Shown here: one piece after another, positions 1 through 7,491 of the stretch
How the letters are laid out: each line of letters starts with the position of its first letter
Position numbering within the stretch: the first letter of the stretch is position 1
Notes under the pieces: generated by a model
What the model saw: the letters and a program-made list of their open reading frames with translations, nothing else
What the model was told of the DNA's origin: nothing
The model's database searches: none
DNA from: an uncultured Thiotrichales bacterium
Lineage (GTDB): Bacteria > Pseudomonadota > Gammaproteobacteria > UBA4575
DNA length: 37,422 nt
Reading direction: 5' to 3'
Assembly (NCBI GenBank): GCA_964468615.1
Contig: CAYXVH010000258.1
Location: 1 to 37,422 of the forward strand
Translations under genes and position numbers: made by a program

Positions 1-846
1 ATGAAGGATAAAACTGTACTTATTACGGGTTGTTCTACCGGCATAGGTTTACATCTCGCTCAGACGTTACACGATAAAGGCTATCAGGTTTTTGCATCCG
101 CAAGAAAGTCTTCAGACGTTGAAAAACTCACCTCACTTGGTTTGCGATGTTTGCAATTAGATGTTGCAAATTCCGAATCTATTCGCACCGCCACTAGTAA
201 TGTATTAAAAGAAACGAATGGAGAACTTTATGCATTAATTAATAACGCAGGCTTTGGGCAAGCAGGTGCAGTAGAAGATTTAAGACGTGAAGTGTTGCGC
301 GAACAATTTGAAACTAATTTATTTGGCTTAATTGAGTTAACTAATTCAGTCTTGCCCATCATGCATCAGCAAGGATATGGAAGAATTATTCAAATTAGCT
401 CTGTCTTAGGACTTGTTGCGATGCCCTTTCGTGGTGCTTACATCGCATCTAAGTTCGCCCTAGAAGGAATCAGTGACACGTTGCGTTTAGAATTAAAAAA
501 CACGAATGTCTTCGTGTCATTAGTTGAGCCAGGGCCTATCACTAGCCGCTTTAGGCAAAATAGCTTAGCTTTGTTTAACAAAAACATTGATAGCAAAAAT
601 AGTCGCTATCATAAAAGCTATGAAGCAACCATCGTTCGCCTAGAAACCGATGGACCCGCGGTACCGTTCACACTAGAACCTGAAGCTGTTACAAAAAAAG
701 TATTAGTCGCACTAAAAAGCACAAATCCTAAACCTCGATACTATGTCACCTTCCCTACCTACTTATTCGCTTATTTTAAAAGATTACTCTCGACAAGATT
801 GCTCGATAGACTGCTTTCACGATCTTCGAAAGTTGAAGGTAAGTAA
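1..846 (+). CDS. SDR-family NAD(P)-dependent oxidoreductase
   Basis: 281-aa ORF starting at window base 1. It has the Rossmann TGxxxGIG motif (LITGCSTGIG), NNAG and the catalytic YxxxK (YIASK) of classical short-chain dehydrogenases. Substrate cannot be inferred. Confidence 0.85.
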   Translation: MKDKTVLITGCSTGIGLHLAQTLHDKGYQVFASARKSSDVEKLTSLGLRCLQLDVANSESIRTATSNVLKETNGELYALINNAGFGQAGAVEDLRREVLREQFETNLFGLIELTNSVLPIMHQQGYGRIIQISSVLGLVAMPFRGAYIASKFALEGISDTLRLELKNTNVFVSLVEPGPITSRFRQNSLALFNKNIDSKNSRYHKSYEATIVRLETDGPAVPFTLEPEAVTKKVLVALKSTNPKPRYYVTFPTYLFAYFKRLLSTRLLDRLLSRSSKVEGK

Positions 847-959
847 CTAATTAATATAAGAATTTAAACATCCTCGCCCCCATTCTTGGGCTATTTTGTC
901 AACCAATACTCGAGTCTCACGTTGTATGCAGTGTGAATCATGCAACTGGAGTAAAAAAC

Positions 960-1352
960 ATGAATACTAAAAACCTCACATTATTAACTGCTACTTTTTT
1001 ACTAGCGACAAGTGCATCTATTGCTAGTGCAGATAAAGGGGACAATGTGGAACGCCACCTAGATCGTAAAGGAGATCGCATTGAACGCCATTTGGATCGA
1101 AAGGGAGATCGGATTGACAATCGATTAGACCGTAAAGGAGATCGCATAGAAAATAGATTTGATAAAAAGGCTGATCGTGCACGTAATGCAGGTAAAGATG
1201 ACTTGGCAAATCGATTAGAGCGTAGAGGCAATATTGGAGATAATCGATTAGACCGAAGAGGCGATCGAATCGACAATCGCTTAGATCGCAAAGGTGATCG
1301 TATAGACAGGCGTCTAGATCGAAAAGGTCAACGCATCAATCGAAGACATTAA
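960..1352 (+). CDS. Secreted, highly charged 11-residue tandem-repeat protein of unknown function
   Basis: ORF track gives 933..1352. The in-frame ATG at 960 gives MNTKNLTLLTATFLLATSASIASA, a Sec-type signal peptide with an A-x-A cleavage motif. About 9 units of consensus LDRKGDRIxNR follow. No family recognised. Confidence 0.7.
   Translation: MNTKNLTLLTATFLLATSASIASADKGDNVERHLDRKGDRIERHLDRKGDRIDNRLDRKGDRIENRFDKKADRARNAGKDDLANRLERRGNIGDNRLDRRGDRIDNRLDRKGDRIDRRLDRKGQRINRRH
1050..1346 (+). repeat. About 9 in-frame tandem 33-bp (11-codon) repeats inside the 960..1352 CDS
   Basis: Units 1 and 2 (1050-1082, 1083-1115) both encode ERHLDRKGDRI but differ at 6 nucleotide positions, all synonymous. 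Central units are more degenerate. The repeats are contiguous, with no spacers. Confidence 0.85.
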
Positions 1353-1367
1353 TGTAGCAATGCGGCA

Positions 1368-1395
1368 GAAAGGAGCAATACAAACTGCTCCTTTC
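1368..1395. terminator. Putative bidirectional terminator hairpin between the convergent repeat-protein gene and clpB
   Basis: Perfect 10-bp inverted repeat GAAAGGAGCA (1368-1377) / TGCTCCTTTC (1386-1395) with an 8-nt loop, in the 58-bp convergent gap. Only short T runs flank it. Confidence 0.55.
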
Positions 1396-1410
1396 TAGCT
1401 TCTAAATAAT

Positions 1411-3993
1411 TTATGTAGCTTTACGATTAAAACTTAACGCATCTCCTCTCATTTCAACATTAACGATTTCGCCTATTTGTATCTCACCTGACAAGAGTGA
1501 CTGTGCAAGTGGGTTTTCAACCAATTCTTGGATAGCCCGTTTCAAAGGACGCGCTCCATACACGGGATCAAAACCCGCTTCAGACAACTTATCTAATGCT
1601 TTATCCGAAAATGTTAATTTGATATCGCGATCATTTAATCTGGCTTGCAATTGTAGGAGCTGAATTTCTGTGATTGCACGAATGTGTTGTTGTGCCAAAG
1701 GATGAAACACAATGGCATCATCTATGCGATTGATAAATTCAGGCCTAAACCTTGCTGCTACAACCTCCATAACCGCTGCTTTCATTTTTGCATAATCTGC
1801 TTCAGAAGATAATTCCTGGATGACATCGCTGCCCAAATTTGAAGTCATAATGATTACGGTGTTTTTAAAATCCACAGTGCGGCCATGCCCATCCGTTAGA
1901 CGTCCATCATCTAATACTTGCAAAAGGATATTAAAAACATCTGGGTGTGCTTTTTCAATTTCGTCCAACAACACCACACTATAAGGTTTGCGACGCACGG
2001 CTTCAGTCAAGTACCCACCTTCTTCGTAACCCACATATCCTGGTGGCGCACCAATCAAACGCGCAACAGAGTGTTTTTCCATAAACTCAGACATATCGAC
2101 GCGAATTAATGCATCTTCACTATCAAACAAAAACTCTGTCAACGCTTTGGTAAGTTCAGTTTTACCCACGCCGGTTGGGCCTAAAAACAAGAAAGAACCA
2201 TTAGGTCTTCTTGGATCTGATATACCTGCACGAGATCTGCGTACAGCATCTGAAACCACTTGAACTGCTTCATCTTGACCTACTACCCTCTTGCTTAACA
2301 CAGATTCCATTTCCAATAGTTTTTCCCGTTCTCCCGCCAACATCTTTGACACAGGGATACCGGTCCAATGCGCGACAATTTCTGCCACTTCTGTATCGGT
2401 TACCTTATTACGTAGCAATTTATTTTCAGAAGTTTTTACTTCACTTGCAGCCTGCAGCTGTTTTTCCAGTTCGGGAATTTTTCCATATTGCAGTTCTGAC
2501 ATTTTGGCTAAGTCACTTGCCCTATGCGCAGCATCTAGATCAAATCGTGCCTGCTCAAGCGCTTCTTTAATTTTTTGCGCCCCTTGTAATGTACTTTTTT
2601 CTGAGCGCCAAACTTCATCTAAGTCCGCATATTCTTTTTCAAGTTTTTGTATTTCTGCCTCAAGCTCTGATAAATGCTTTTTAGATGCGTCATCAGATTC
2701 TTTCTTTAAAGCTTCACGCTCAATTTTTAACTGAATGAGTTTACGATCCAACTTGTCCATCGATTCAGGTTTAGAATCGATCTCCATTCGAATTCGTGAT
2801 GCTGCCTCATCAATAAGGTCAATGGCTTTATCCGGCAGTTGACGATCGGAAATATAGCGATGCGAAAGCGTGGCCGCACTGACAATTGCAGGGTCGGTAA
2901 TATCTACACCATGGTGTATTTCGTAGCGTTCCTTTAAACCACGCAAAATTGCAATGGTGTCTTCCACACTGGGTTCATCAACAATAATCTTTTGAAAGCG
3001 GCGCTCTAACGCGGCATCTTTTTCTATGTACTTACGATATTCGTCAAGCGTGGTTGCGCCTAAACAATGCAACTCACCTCGCGCTAATGCAGGCTTAAGC
3101 ATATTGCCCGCATCCATTGCACCTTCCGCCGCACCAGCACCTACCATAGTATGCAGCTCATCTATGAAGAGGATAATCTGCCCTTCTTGCTTTGACAATT
3201 CATTTAAAACGGCTTTAAGACGCTCTTCAAATTCTCCACGGAATTTAGCACCGGCTATTAACGCGCTTAAATCTAATGACAAGAGTTTTTTATTTTTAAT
3301 ACCTTCTGGCACTTCACCGTTTACAATGCGTAAAGCAAGACCTTCCGCAATTGCTGTCTTCCCTACACCCGGCTCACCAATCAGCACTGGATTATTTTTA
3401 GTTCGGCGCTGCAACACTTGAATTGCACGACGAATTTCATCATCACGGCCAATCACAGGATCTAACTTGCCTTGCTCGGCGCGCTCTGTTAAATCAATCG
3501 TGTATTTATCTAATGCTTGTCGAGTTTCTTCTGCATTTGGGTCATTTACATTTTCACCTGCTCTCATTTTTTCTAACGCAGCCGCTAATTGTTTTTTATT
3601 GATACCAGATTGTTTAAGTAGGTTTCCTAATTCGCCCTTATCCTCTAATGCGGCAAGCGCAAACATTTCTGAAGCAATGTAATCATCCCCACTTTGCTGG
3701 GATATCTTGTCGGTGACGTTTAATAAATTGCTTAACGTGTTGGATATATGCACTTCACCTGCAGTACCCGACACGCTCGGTAAGCGTTCGATGATATCTT
3801 GAGTCTTTTGTTTTAGAGCATTTACATCTGCACCGGCACGAAGATACAAATTTGCCACCGCGCTATTGTCTTGATTCAGCATTGCGGCCATTAAATGCAC
3901 CGGCTCAATAAACTGATGATCTTTGCCTACCGCCATAGACTGCGCTTCTTGCAAAGCAAGCTGGAAATTATTGGTTAATTTATCCATGCGCAT
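1411..3993 (-). CDS. clpB: ATP-dependent chaperone/disaggregase ClpB
   Basis: 860-aa ORF with a Clp N-domain, two AAA+ modules (Walker A GEPGVGKT and GPTGVGKT), a long coiled-coil middle domain and a typical ClpB C-terminus. Confidence 0.97.
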   Translation of the reverse strand: MRMDKLTNNFQLALQEAQSMAVGKDHQFIEPVHLMAAMLNQDNSAVANLYLRAGADVNALKQKTQDIIERLPSVSGTAGEVHISNTLSNLLNVTDKISQQSGDDYIASEMFALAALEDKGELGNLLKQSGINKKQLAAALEKMRAGENVNDPNAEETRQALDKYTIDLTERAEQGKLDPVIGRDDEIRRAIQVLQRRTKNNPVLIGEPGVGKTAIAEGLALRIVNGEVPEGIKNKKLLSLDLSALIAGAKFRGEFEERLKAVLNELSKQEGQIILFIDELHTMVGAGAAEGAMDAGNMLKPALARGELHCLGATTLDEYRKYIEKDAALERRFQKIIVDEPSVEDTIAILRGLKERYEIHHGVDITDPAIVSAATLSHRYISDRQLPDKAIDLIDEAASRIRMEIDSKPESMDKLDRKLIQLKIEREALKKESDDASKKHLSELEAEIQKLEKEYADLDEVWRSEKSTLQGAQKIKEALEQARFDLDAAHRASDLAKMSELQYGKIPELEKQLQAASEVKTSENKLLRNKVTDTEVAEIVAHWTGIPVSKMLAGEREKLLEMESVLSKRVVGQDEAVQVVSDAVRRSRAGISDPRRPNGSFLFLGPTGVGKTELTKALTEFLFDSEDALIRVDMSEFMEKHSVARLIGAPPGYVGYEEGGYLTEAVRRKPYSVVLLDEIEKAHPDVFNILLQVLDDGRLTDGHGRTVDFKNTVIIMTSNLGSDVIQELSSEADYAKMKAAVMEVVAARFRPEFINRIDDAIVFHPLAQQHIRAITEIQLLQLQARLNDRDIKLTFSDKALDKLSEAGFDPVYGARPLKRAIQELVENPLAQSLLSGEIQIGEIVNVEMRGDALSFNRKAT

Positions 3994-4028
3994 ATTGAAA
4001 ACTCCATAGTAAATTGGCTATGCCTAAA

Positions 4029-4056
4029 AAATGAGGCCTATTACGTGTATTTCAAG
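4029..4056 (-). promoter_or_regulatory. Sigma32 (RpoH)-type heat-shock promoter for clpB
   Basis: The minus strand reads CTTGAAA (4056-4050), a 13-nt spacer, then CCTCATTT (4036-4029). The E. coli-type consensus is CTTGAAA-N13-15-CCCCATnT. It lies about 35 nt upstream of the clpB ATG, and a GGAG Shine-Dalgarno follows. Confidence 0.6.
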
Positions 4057-4158
4057 GCCTGACAGAGGAATTCTTATATAATTAGTCATCGGCAGAGCGG
4101 AGAGATCCTATAATCTAGTAGCCATAGGGATGATGCAACCGATTTTTTTTTTAATTAA

Positions 4159-4188
4159 AATGACCGCTTTCGACCCAAAGCGGACATT
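4159..4188. repeat. 30-nt imperfect palindrome, copy 1 (AATGACCGCT-N10-AGCGGACATT)
   Basis: The arms pair at 9 of 10 positions. It matches copy 2 at 25 of 30 positions (10/10 left arm, 9/10 right arm, 6/10 loop). Confidence 0.7.
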
Positions 4189-4208
4189 AAAATATTAAAA
4201 TTTGTTGT

Positions 4209-4533
4209 ATGAAAATAGTAGTTCAAAACGGTTGTGACCATGCTTTAAGCAGAAAAGACATTGAAACAGCAATTAAAAATATTCCATCAAAATATTTTAC
4301 TGAAGTTAGCCAGATAACGCTCTACCAAAGCTAAAGGTGAAACAACATACGTAAAGTATTACAAGAAAAGCAAGATACTAGGCCTGTTCAGTACTAAAGA
4401 ATCGGAAGCATCTAAAACTGAAGTGCTTAATGGACTTCTTATTGCTATTGCATGTATATACGATGTTAATGAGTACCCCTTAAAGCTTTCAAAAAACTAT
4501 AGAGAGCATTATTTAAAAGAAATGCTCGAATGA
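4209..4533 (+). pseudogene. Frameshifted small gene of about 107 codons, unknown function
   Basis: ATG at 4209 opens a 41-codon frame that ends at TAA 4332-4334. The +1 frame continues open from 4333 (KGETTYVKYYKKSKILGLFS...) for 66 codons to TGA 4531-4533 with no start codon of its own. Deleting the single T at 4332 (agc-t-aaa-ggt) restores one ORF. Confidence 0.5.
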
Positions 4534-4562
4534 CTGCTATTGGTGAATAGGAGGCAAATTGA

Positions 4563-4961
4563 ATGGCTAAAGACAAATCGTTAGATGAGTTAGAAAAGGA
4601 ACTCGAAGAAACTCGTGAGCGTATACGTAAATTTGAAGAAAAAGAGACCGCTCAAATGATGATGGTGATAACGGAATTGGTGATCGACCTAAATGACCGC
4701 TATTGGCCGAAAGCAGACATTCAGAAAAGAAGGTTTAATCTGAAGCAACATCCATGTTGCAGCTCCTACTCGCACGTTCGCTCCCGGCTTCCTATCTCCC
4801 GTAACACTTGTGCATCCTGCACATCGTCCCTTACCATTAAAATTTCCAAATTAATGTCGCCATCCTTCCCGTTTCACCATCTCTTCTATACGAATAAAAT
4901 GTATCACTCTCACTATAGGTACAACGATCACCACCATAGACATTTTTCACATTGTGTTTAG
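4563..4961 (+). CDS. Small coiled-coil-like ORF with a strong SD; 3' extent doubtful, probably a truncated or fused gene fragment
   Basis: AGGAGG at 4549-4554 sits 8 nt before the ATG at 4563. The first ~43 codons (MAKDKSLDELEKELEETRERIRKFEEKE...) look protein-like. The frame then reads through palindrome copy 2 and a C-rich segment, and overlaps the pgeF 3' end antisense by 125 nt. Confidence 0.3.
   Translation: MAKDKSLDELEKELEETRERIRKFEEKETAQMMMVITELVIDLNDRYWPKADIQKRRFNLKQHPCCSSYSHVRSRLPISRNTCASCTSSLTIKISKLMSPSFPFHHLFYTNKMYHSHYRYNDHHHRHFSHCV
4692..4721. repeat. 30-nt imperfect palindrome, copy 2 (AATGACCGCT-N10-AGCAGACATT)
   Basis: Same orientation as copy 1. The arms pair at 8 of 10 positions. 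It lies inside the 4563 ORF. Confidence 0.7.
4720..4836. other. C-rich orphan segment with a run of short hairpins, just 3' of pgeF on the minus strand
   Basis: A hand count gives 50 G+C in the 90 nt 4741-4830 (56%), in a generally AT-rich window. Hairpins are TTCAGA/TCTGAA (4720-4744), GCAACAT/ATGTTGC (4745-4760) and TGTGCA/TGCACA (4809-4823). CTCCCG occurs as a direct repeat at 4781 and 4796. Confidence 0.4.
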
Positions 4962-5574
4962 TTAATATATTCATCGCAAGCTGATAAATATTTGCTAGAT
5001 ACTTTTCATTACTTTGTTTTACAAATGCATTTTTTTGCATTCCATCTTTAGCAACAAACTGATCAACCACCTCTTCACCCACCTCAAACACTTTTGGACC
5101 AATTGCAGGACCTAACCAACACATTATTTTTTCATTCTCCACGGGTATTGTTTGTAAAGTATTTTCAAGAACACCATTGACTAAACCCCGCCACCCAGCA
5201 TGTGCAACCGCAATATGTTCACTCGATTGGTCACAAAACGTAACAGGCAAACAATCTGCAGTGAGTACTGCACAAACCACACTCGCTTCATTTGTGTATG
5301 CCGCATCAGCCGTATTATCAATAGGTGCATTTTCTCCCAAGCTTAAAACGAATGAACCATGCACTTGATCCAGCCACACTGGTTCATTGGGAAGCTGTAA
5401 ATCTTGTTTAATTAACTGCCTGTTTTTTACAACACTTTCTTGATCATCTTTTACATGACCACCTATATTAAGCGAACTATATTCTTGCAGACTATAACCA
5501 CCCGTACGTGTCGTGGTTATGCAGCGAATGTTTTCTGACACCGGCCAATCAGGCGTTATATATTCAAGATTCAT
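4837..5574 (-). CDS. pgeF: Peptidoglycan editing factor / purine nucleoside phosphorylase, YfiH (DUF152) family
   Basis: 245-aa ORF with the conserved TADC and AHAGWRG motifs of the YfiH/PgeF family. It sits in the conserved clpB-yfiH-rluD-bamD neighbourhood. Confidence 0.9.
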   Translation of the reverse strand: MNLEYITPDWPVSENIRCITTTRTGGYSLQEYSSLNIGGHVKDDQESVVKNRQLIKQDLQLPNEPVWLDQVHGSFVLSLGENAPIDNTADAAYTNEASVVCAVLTADCLPVTFCDQSSEHIAVAHAGWRGLVNGVLENTLQTIPVENEKIMCWLGPAIGPKVFEVGEEVVDQFVAKDGMQKNAFVKQSNEKYLANIYQLAMNILTKHNVKNVYGGDRCTYSESDTFYSYRRDGETGRMATLIWKF

Positions 5575-6514
5575 TTAAATTACTTTCTAAAATATCGATC
5601 AACTCTTGAAAGTCAGCTGGTAGTGGAGCCGAAAAAGTTACTTCAGATTGTTTTTTCGGATGCTCAAAAGATAATTCTGCAGCATGCAACGCTTGACGAG
5701 GAAAATTAGATAGCAACCGTAGTGTGCTATTTTTACCGGCATTCATTTTTCTTCCATACACAAGATCACCAATAATTGGAAACTTTATATGCGACATGTG
5801 TACACGTATCTGGTGAGTTCTGCCGGTTTCTAATTTCACATCTAACAAGGTAAAACCATTATATTTTTTTCGTATACGGTAATGCGTGACAGCCGGCCTA
5901 CCCATCGATGGTTTTATCGCCATGCGTTTGCGGTCAACAGAATGCCTACCAATGGGTTCATTTACAGTTCCACCTGAAATCATTTCACCATAAACAAGTG
6001 CAATATATTTTCTGGAAACCGTTCTTTGCTGTAACTGTTCTACAAGATGTGTATGAGTCTTAAGATCTTTTGCCACAACCAATAAACCGGTGGTATCTTT
6101 GTCTAAGCGATGTACGATTCCAGCTCTAGGTACTGCTCGAATTTCTGGCATGTGGTGAAGTAATGCATTTGCCATAGTACCTGAGGGATTGCCCGCACCA
6201 GGGTGAACAATAAGCCCAGCAGGTTTGTTAATAACGATCAATTGACTATCTTCAAATACTATATCTAGCTCAATCGCTTCTGGCTCAAGAGAAACTTCAT
6301 CCACCATTTGCACGTTTAGCCGTACAGTTTCCCCGCCTACAACAACATCTTTGGAGCGCATGACTTGACCATTAACTATTACATCACCATTTTTTATCCA
6401 TTTTTGTAAACGTGCGCGAGAATAGTCTGGAAACAATTTCACCAAGGCATTGTCTAAACGTAAACCATTGCATTCTTCCGGTATCACACCTGTTCTAGTT
6501 TCATTACTGCTCAT
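5564..6514 (-). CDS. rluD: 23S rRNA pseudouridine synthase RluD
   Basis: 316-aa ORF with an N-terminal S4-like domain and the RluA-family catalytic motif HRLDKDTTGLLVVAK. It overlaps the pgeF start by 11 nt and is divergent from bamD, as in E. coli. Confidence 0.93.
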   Translation of the reverse strand: MSSNETRTGVIPEECNGLRLDNALVKLFPDYSRARLQKWIKNGDVIVNGQVMRSKDVVVGGETVRLNVQMVDEVSLEPEAIELDIVFEDSQLIVINKPAGLIVHPGAGNPSGTMANALLHHMPEIRAVPRAGIVHRLDKDTTGLLVVAKDLKTHTHLVEQLQQRTVSRKYIALVYGEMISGGTVNEPIGRHSVDRKRMAIKPSMGRPAVTHYRIRKKYNGFTLLDVKLETGRTHQIRVHMSHIKFPIIGDLVYGRKMNAGKNSTLRLLSNFPRQALHAAELSFEHPKKQSEVTFSAPLPADFQELIDILESNLNES

Positions 6515-6579
6515 GTTTTAGACGGTATTTGAACCTTTTATTACGGATTTTGGCTGAAAATGGTTATACTTCAAACTAT

Positions 6580-7482
6580 ATGAAAGACTATACATATACT
6601 CGTCAAAGATCCATTTGGCAGACTTTATTAATGCTAATACTCGTAGCATCTATCAGCAGCTGCTCATCTTTGTGGCCATTTGGTAAAGACGATGAAGACA
6701 AAGACCCTGAAATCGCAGCTGATGAGTCGGCAGCAAAGCTTTATAAAAAAGCCCATCGTTTAATGGTTTCTAAAAATTTTACAGATGCTATTGATCAATA
6801 TGAACTTTTACAGAGCCGCTATCCGTTCGGGCGCTATGCCCAACAAGGGCTATTGGAACTTACCTATGCGTACCATAAGCAAAATAATACAGATCAAGCA
6901 CTTGATACGATAAACCGATTCATACAATTAAACCCTCAACACCCAAGCATTGATTATGCGTACTATATGAAAGGGTTAGTCACTTTTGATAAAGGCAAGA
7001 GCTTAATTCACTTTGTACTTAAACGCGACCCTTCCAATAATGATCCAACCTCCTTACTTGAATCATTTGATGTCTTTAAATTACTCGTAGAGAAATATCC
7101 TGAAAGTGAATACGCAGATGATGCAAAGCTACGCATGATCTATTTACGTAATGAGTTGGCTGAATACGAGCTAAAAGTCGCAAAATTTTATATGCAACGC
7201 GGTGCCTATGTAGCTTCTGCGAATCGTGCAAAATTTATAATGGAAAATTATCAAGGCGCTGAAATTATGCCCGAAGCTGTATATATATTAGAGCAAGCCT
7301 ATTTAGCTCTTAATATTGAAGACCTTGCTTATGACACACATCGAGTTTATGCGCAAAATTACCAAACTGGAAAAAACGGTGTTATCGACGAAAAGTTTGC
7401 GCAAAAAAATAGAAGCTGTGCCGAGAGCTTATGGGGAAAAGCTTTAGAAAAATTACGATTGAGAACGTACTACTGCAACTAG
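6580..7482 (+). CDS. bamD: Outer membrane protein assembly factor BamD (TPR lipoprotein)
   Basis: The ATG at 6580 gives MKDYTYTRQRSIWQTLLMLILVASISSC with a lipobox (ISSC), followed by a TPR-like body. The track start at 6529 is a TTG only 14 nt from the rluD start, so 6580 is preferred. Confidence 0.9.
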   Translation: MKDYTYTRQRSIWQTLLMLILVASISSCSSLWPFGKDDEDKDPEIAADESAAKLYKKAHRLMVSKNFTDAIDQYELLQSRYPFGRYAQQGLLELTYAYHKQNNTDQALDTINRFIQLNPQHPSIDYAYYMKGLVTFDKGKSLIHFVLKRDPSNNDPTSLLESFDVFKLLVEKYPESEYADDAKLRMIYLRNELAEYELKVAKFYMQRGAYVASANRAKFIMENYQGAEIMPEAVYILEQAYLALNIEDLAYDTHRVYAQNYQTGKNGVIDEKFAQKNRSCAESLWGKALEKLRLRTYYCN

Positions 7483-7491
7483 CATTAGCGA

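Noticed and set aside
878-885. CCCCATTC upstream of the repeat-protein gene as a sigma32 -10 box
   Set aside because: No acceptable CTTGAAA-like -35 lies 13-15 nt upstream (only TAAGAAT), so this is a single hexamer-level match.
938-1291. Minus-strand ORFs of 117 aa (938..1291) and 61 aa (1024..1209), antisense to the repeat-protein gene
   Set aside because: They are themselves repetitive (RSPLRSNRLSI...) mirror images of the 33-bp repeats. They have no start context or signal features. The sense frame has a signal peptide and a synonymous-only substitution pattern.
1050-1346. The 33-bp tandem repeats as a possible CRISPR array
   Set aside because: The repeats are contiguous with no spacers, in frame inside a CDS, degenerate toward the centre and not palindromic. 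No cas genes are present in the window.
1918-3682. Five plus-strand ORFs (63-147 aa) inside clpB
   Set aside because: They are embedded antisense in a highly conserved gene. Their translations are low-complexity (Ser/Ala/Phe/Leu-rich), with no SD or recognisable motifs.
4159-4721. Interpreting the two palindromes as integron attC sites flanking a gene cassette
   Set aside because: There are no GTTRRRY/RYYYAAC core sites at the ends, no integrase or attI in the window, and the palindrome is far shorter than typical attC structures.
4837-4961. The 3' tail of ORF 4563..4961 overlapping pgeF
   Set aside because: The tail is His/Ser/Cys-rich nonsense antisense to a well-supported gene. The protein-like character stops at the palindrome at 4692, so only the 5' ~43 codons are considered possibly real.
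6529-6579. TTG start at 6529 for bamD, as given in the ORF track
   Set aside because: It would leave only 14 nt between the divergent rluD and bamD starts and would add a non-signal-like N-terminal extension. The ATG at 6580 gives a proper lipoprotein signal peptide.
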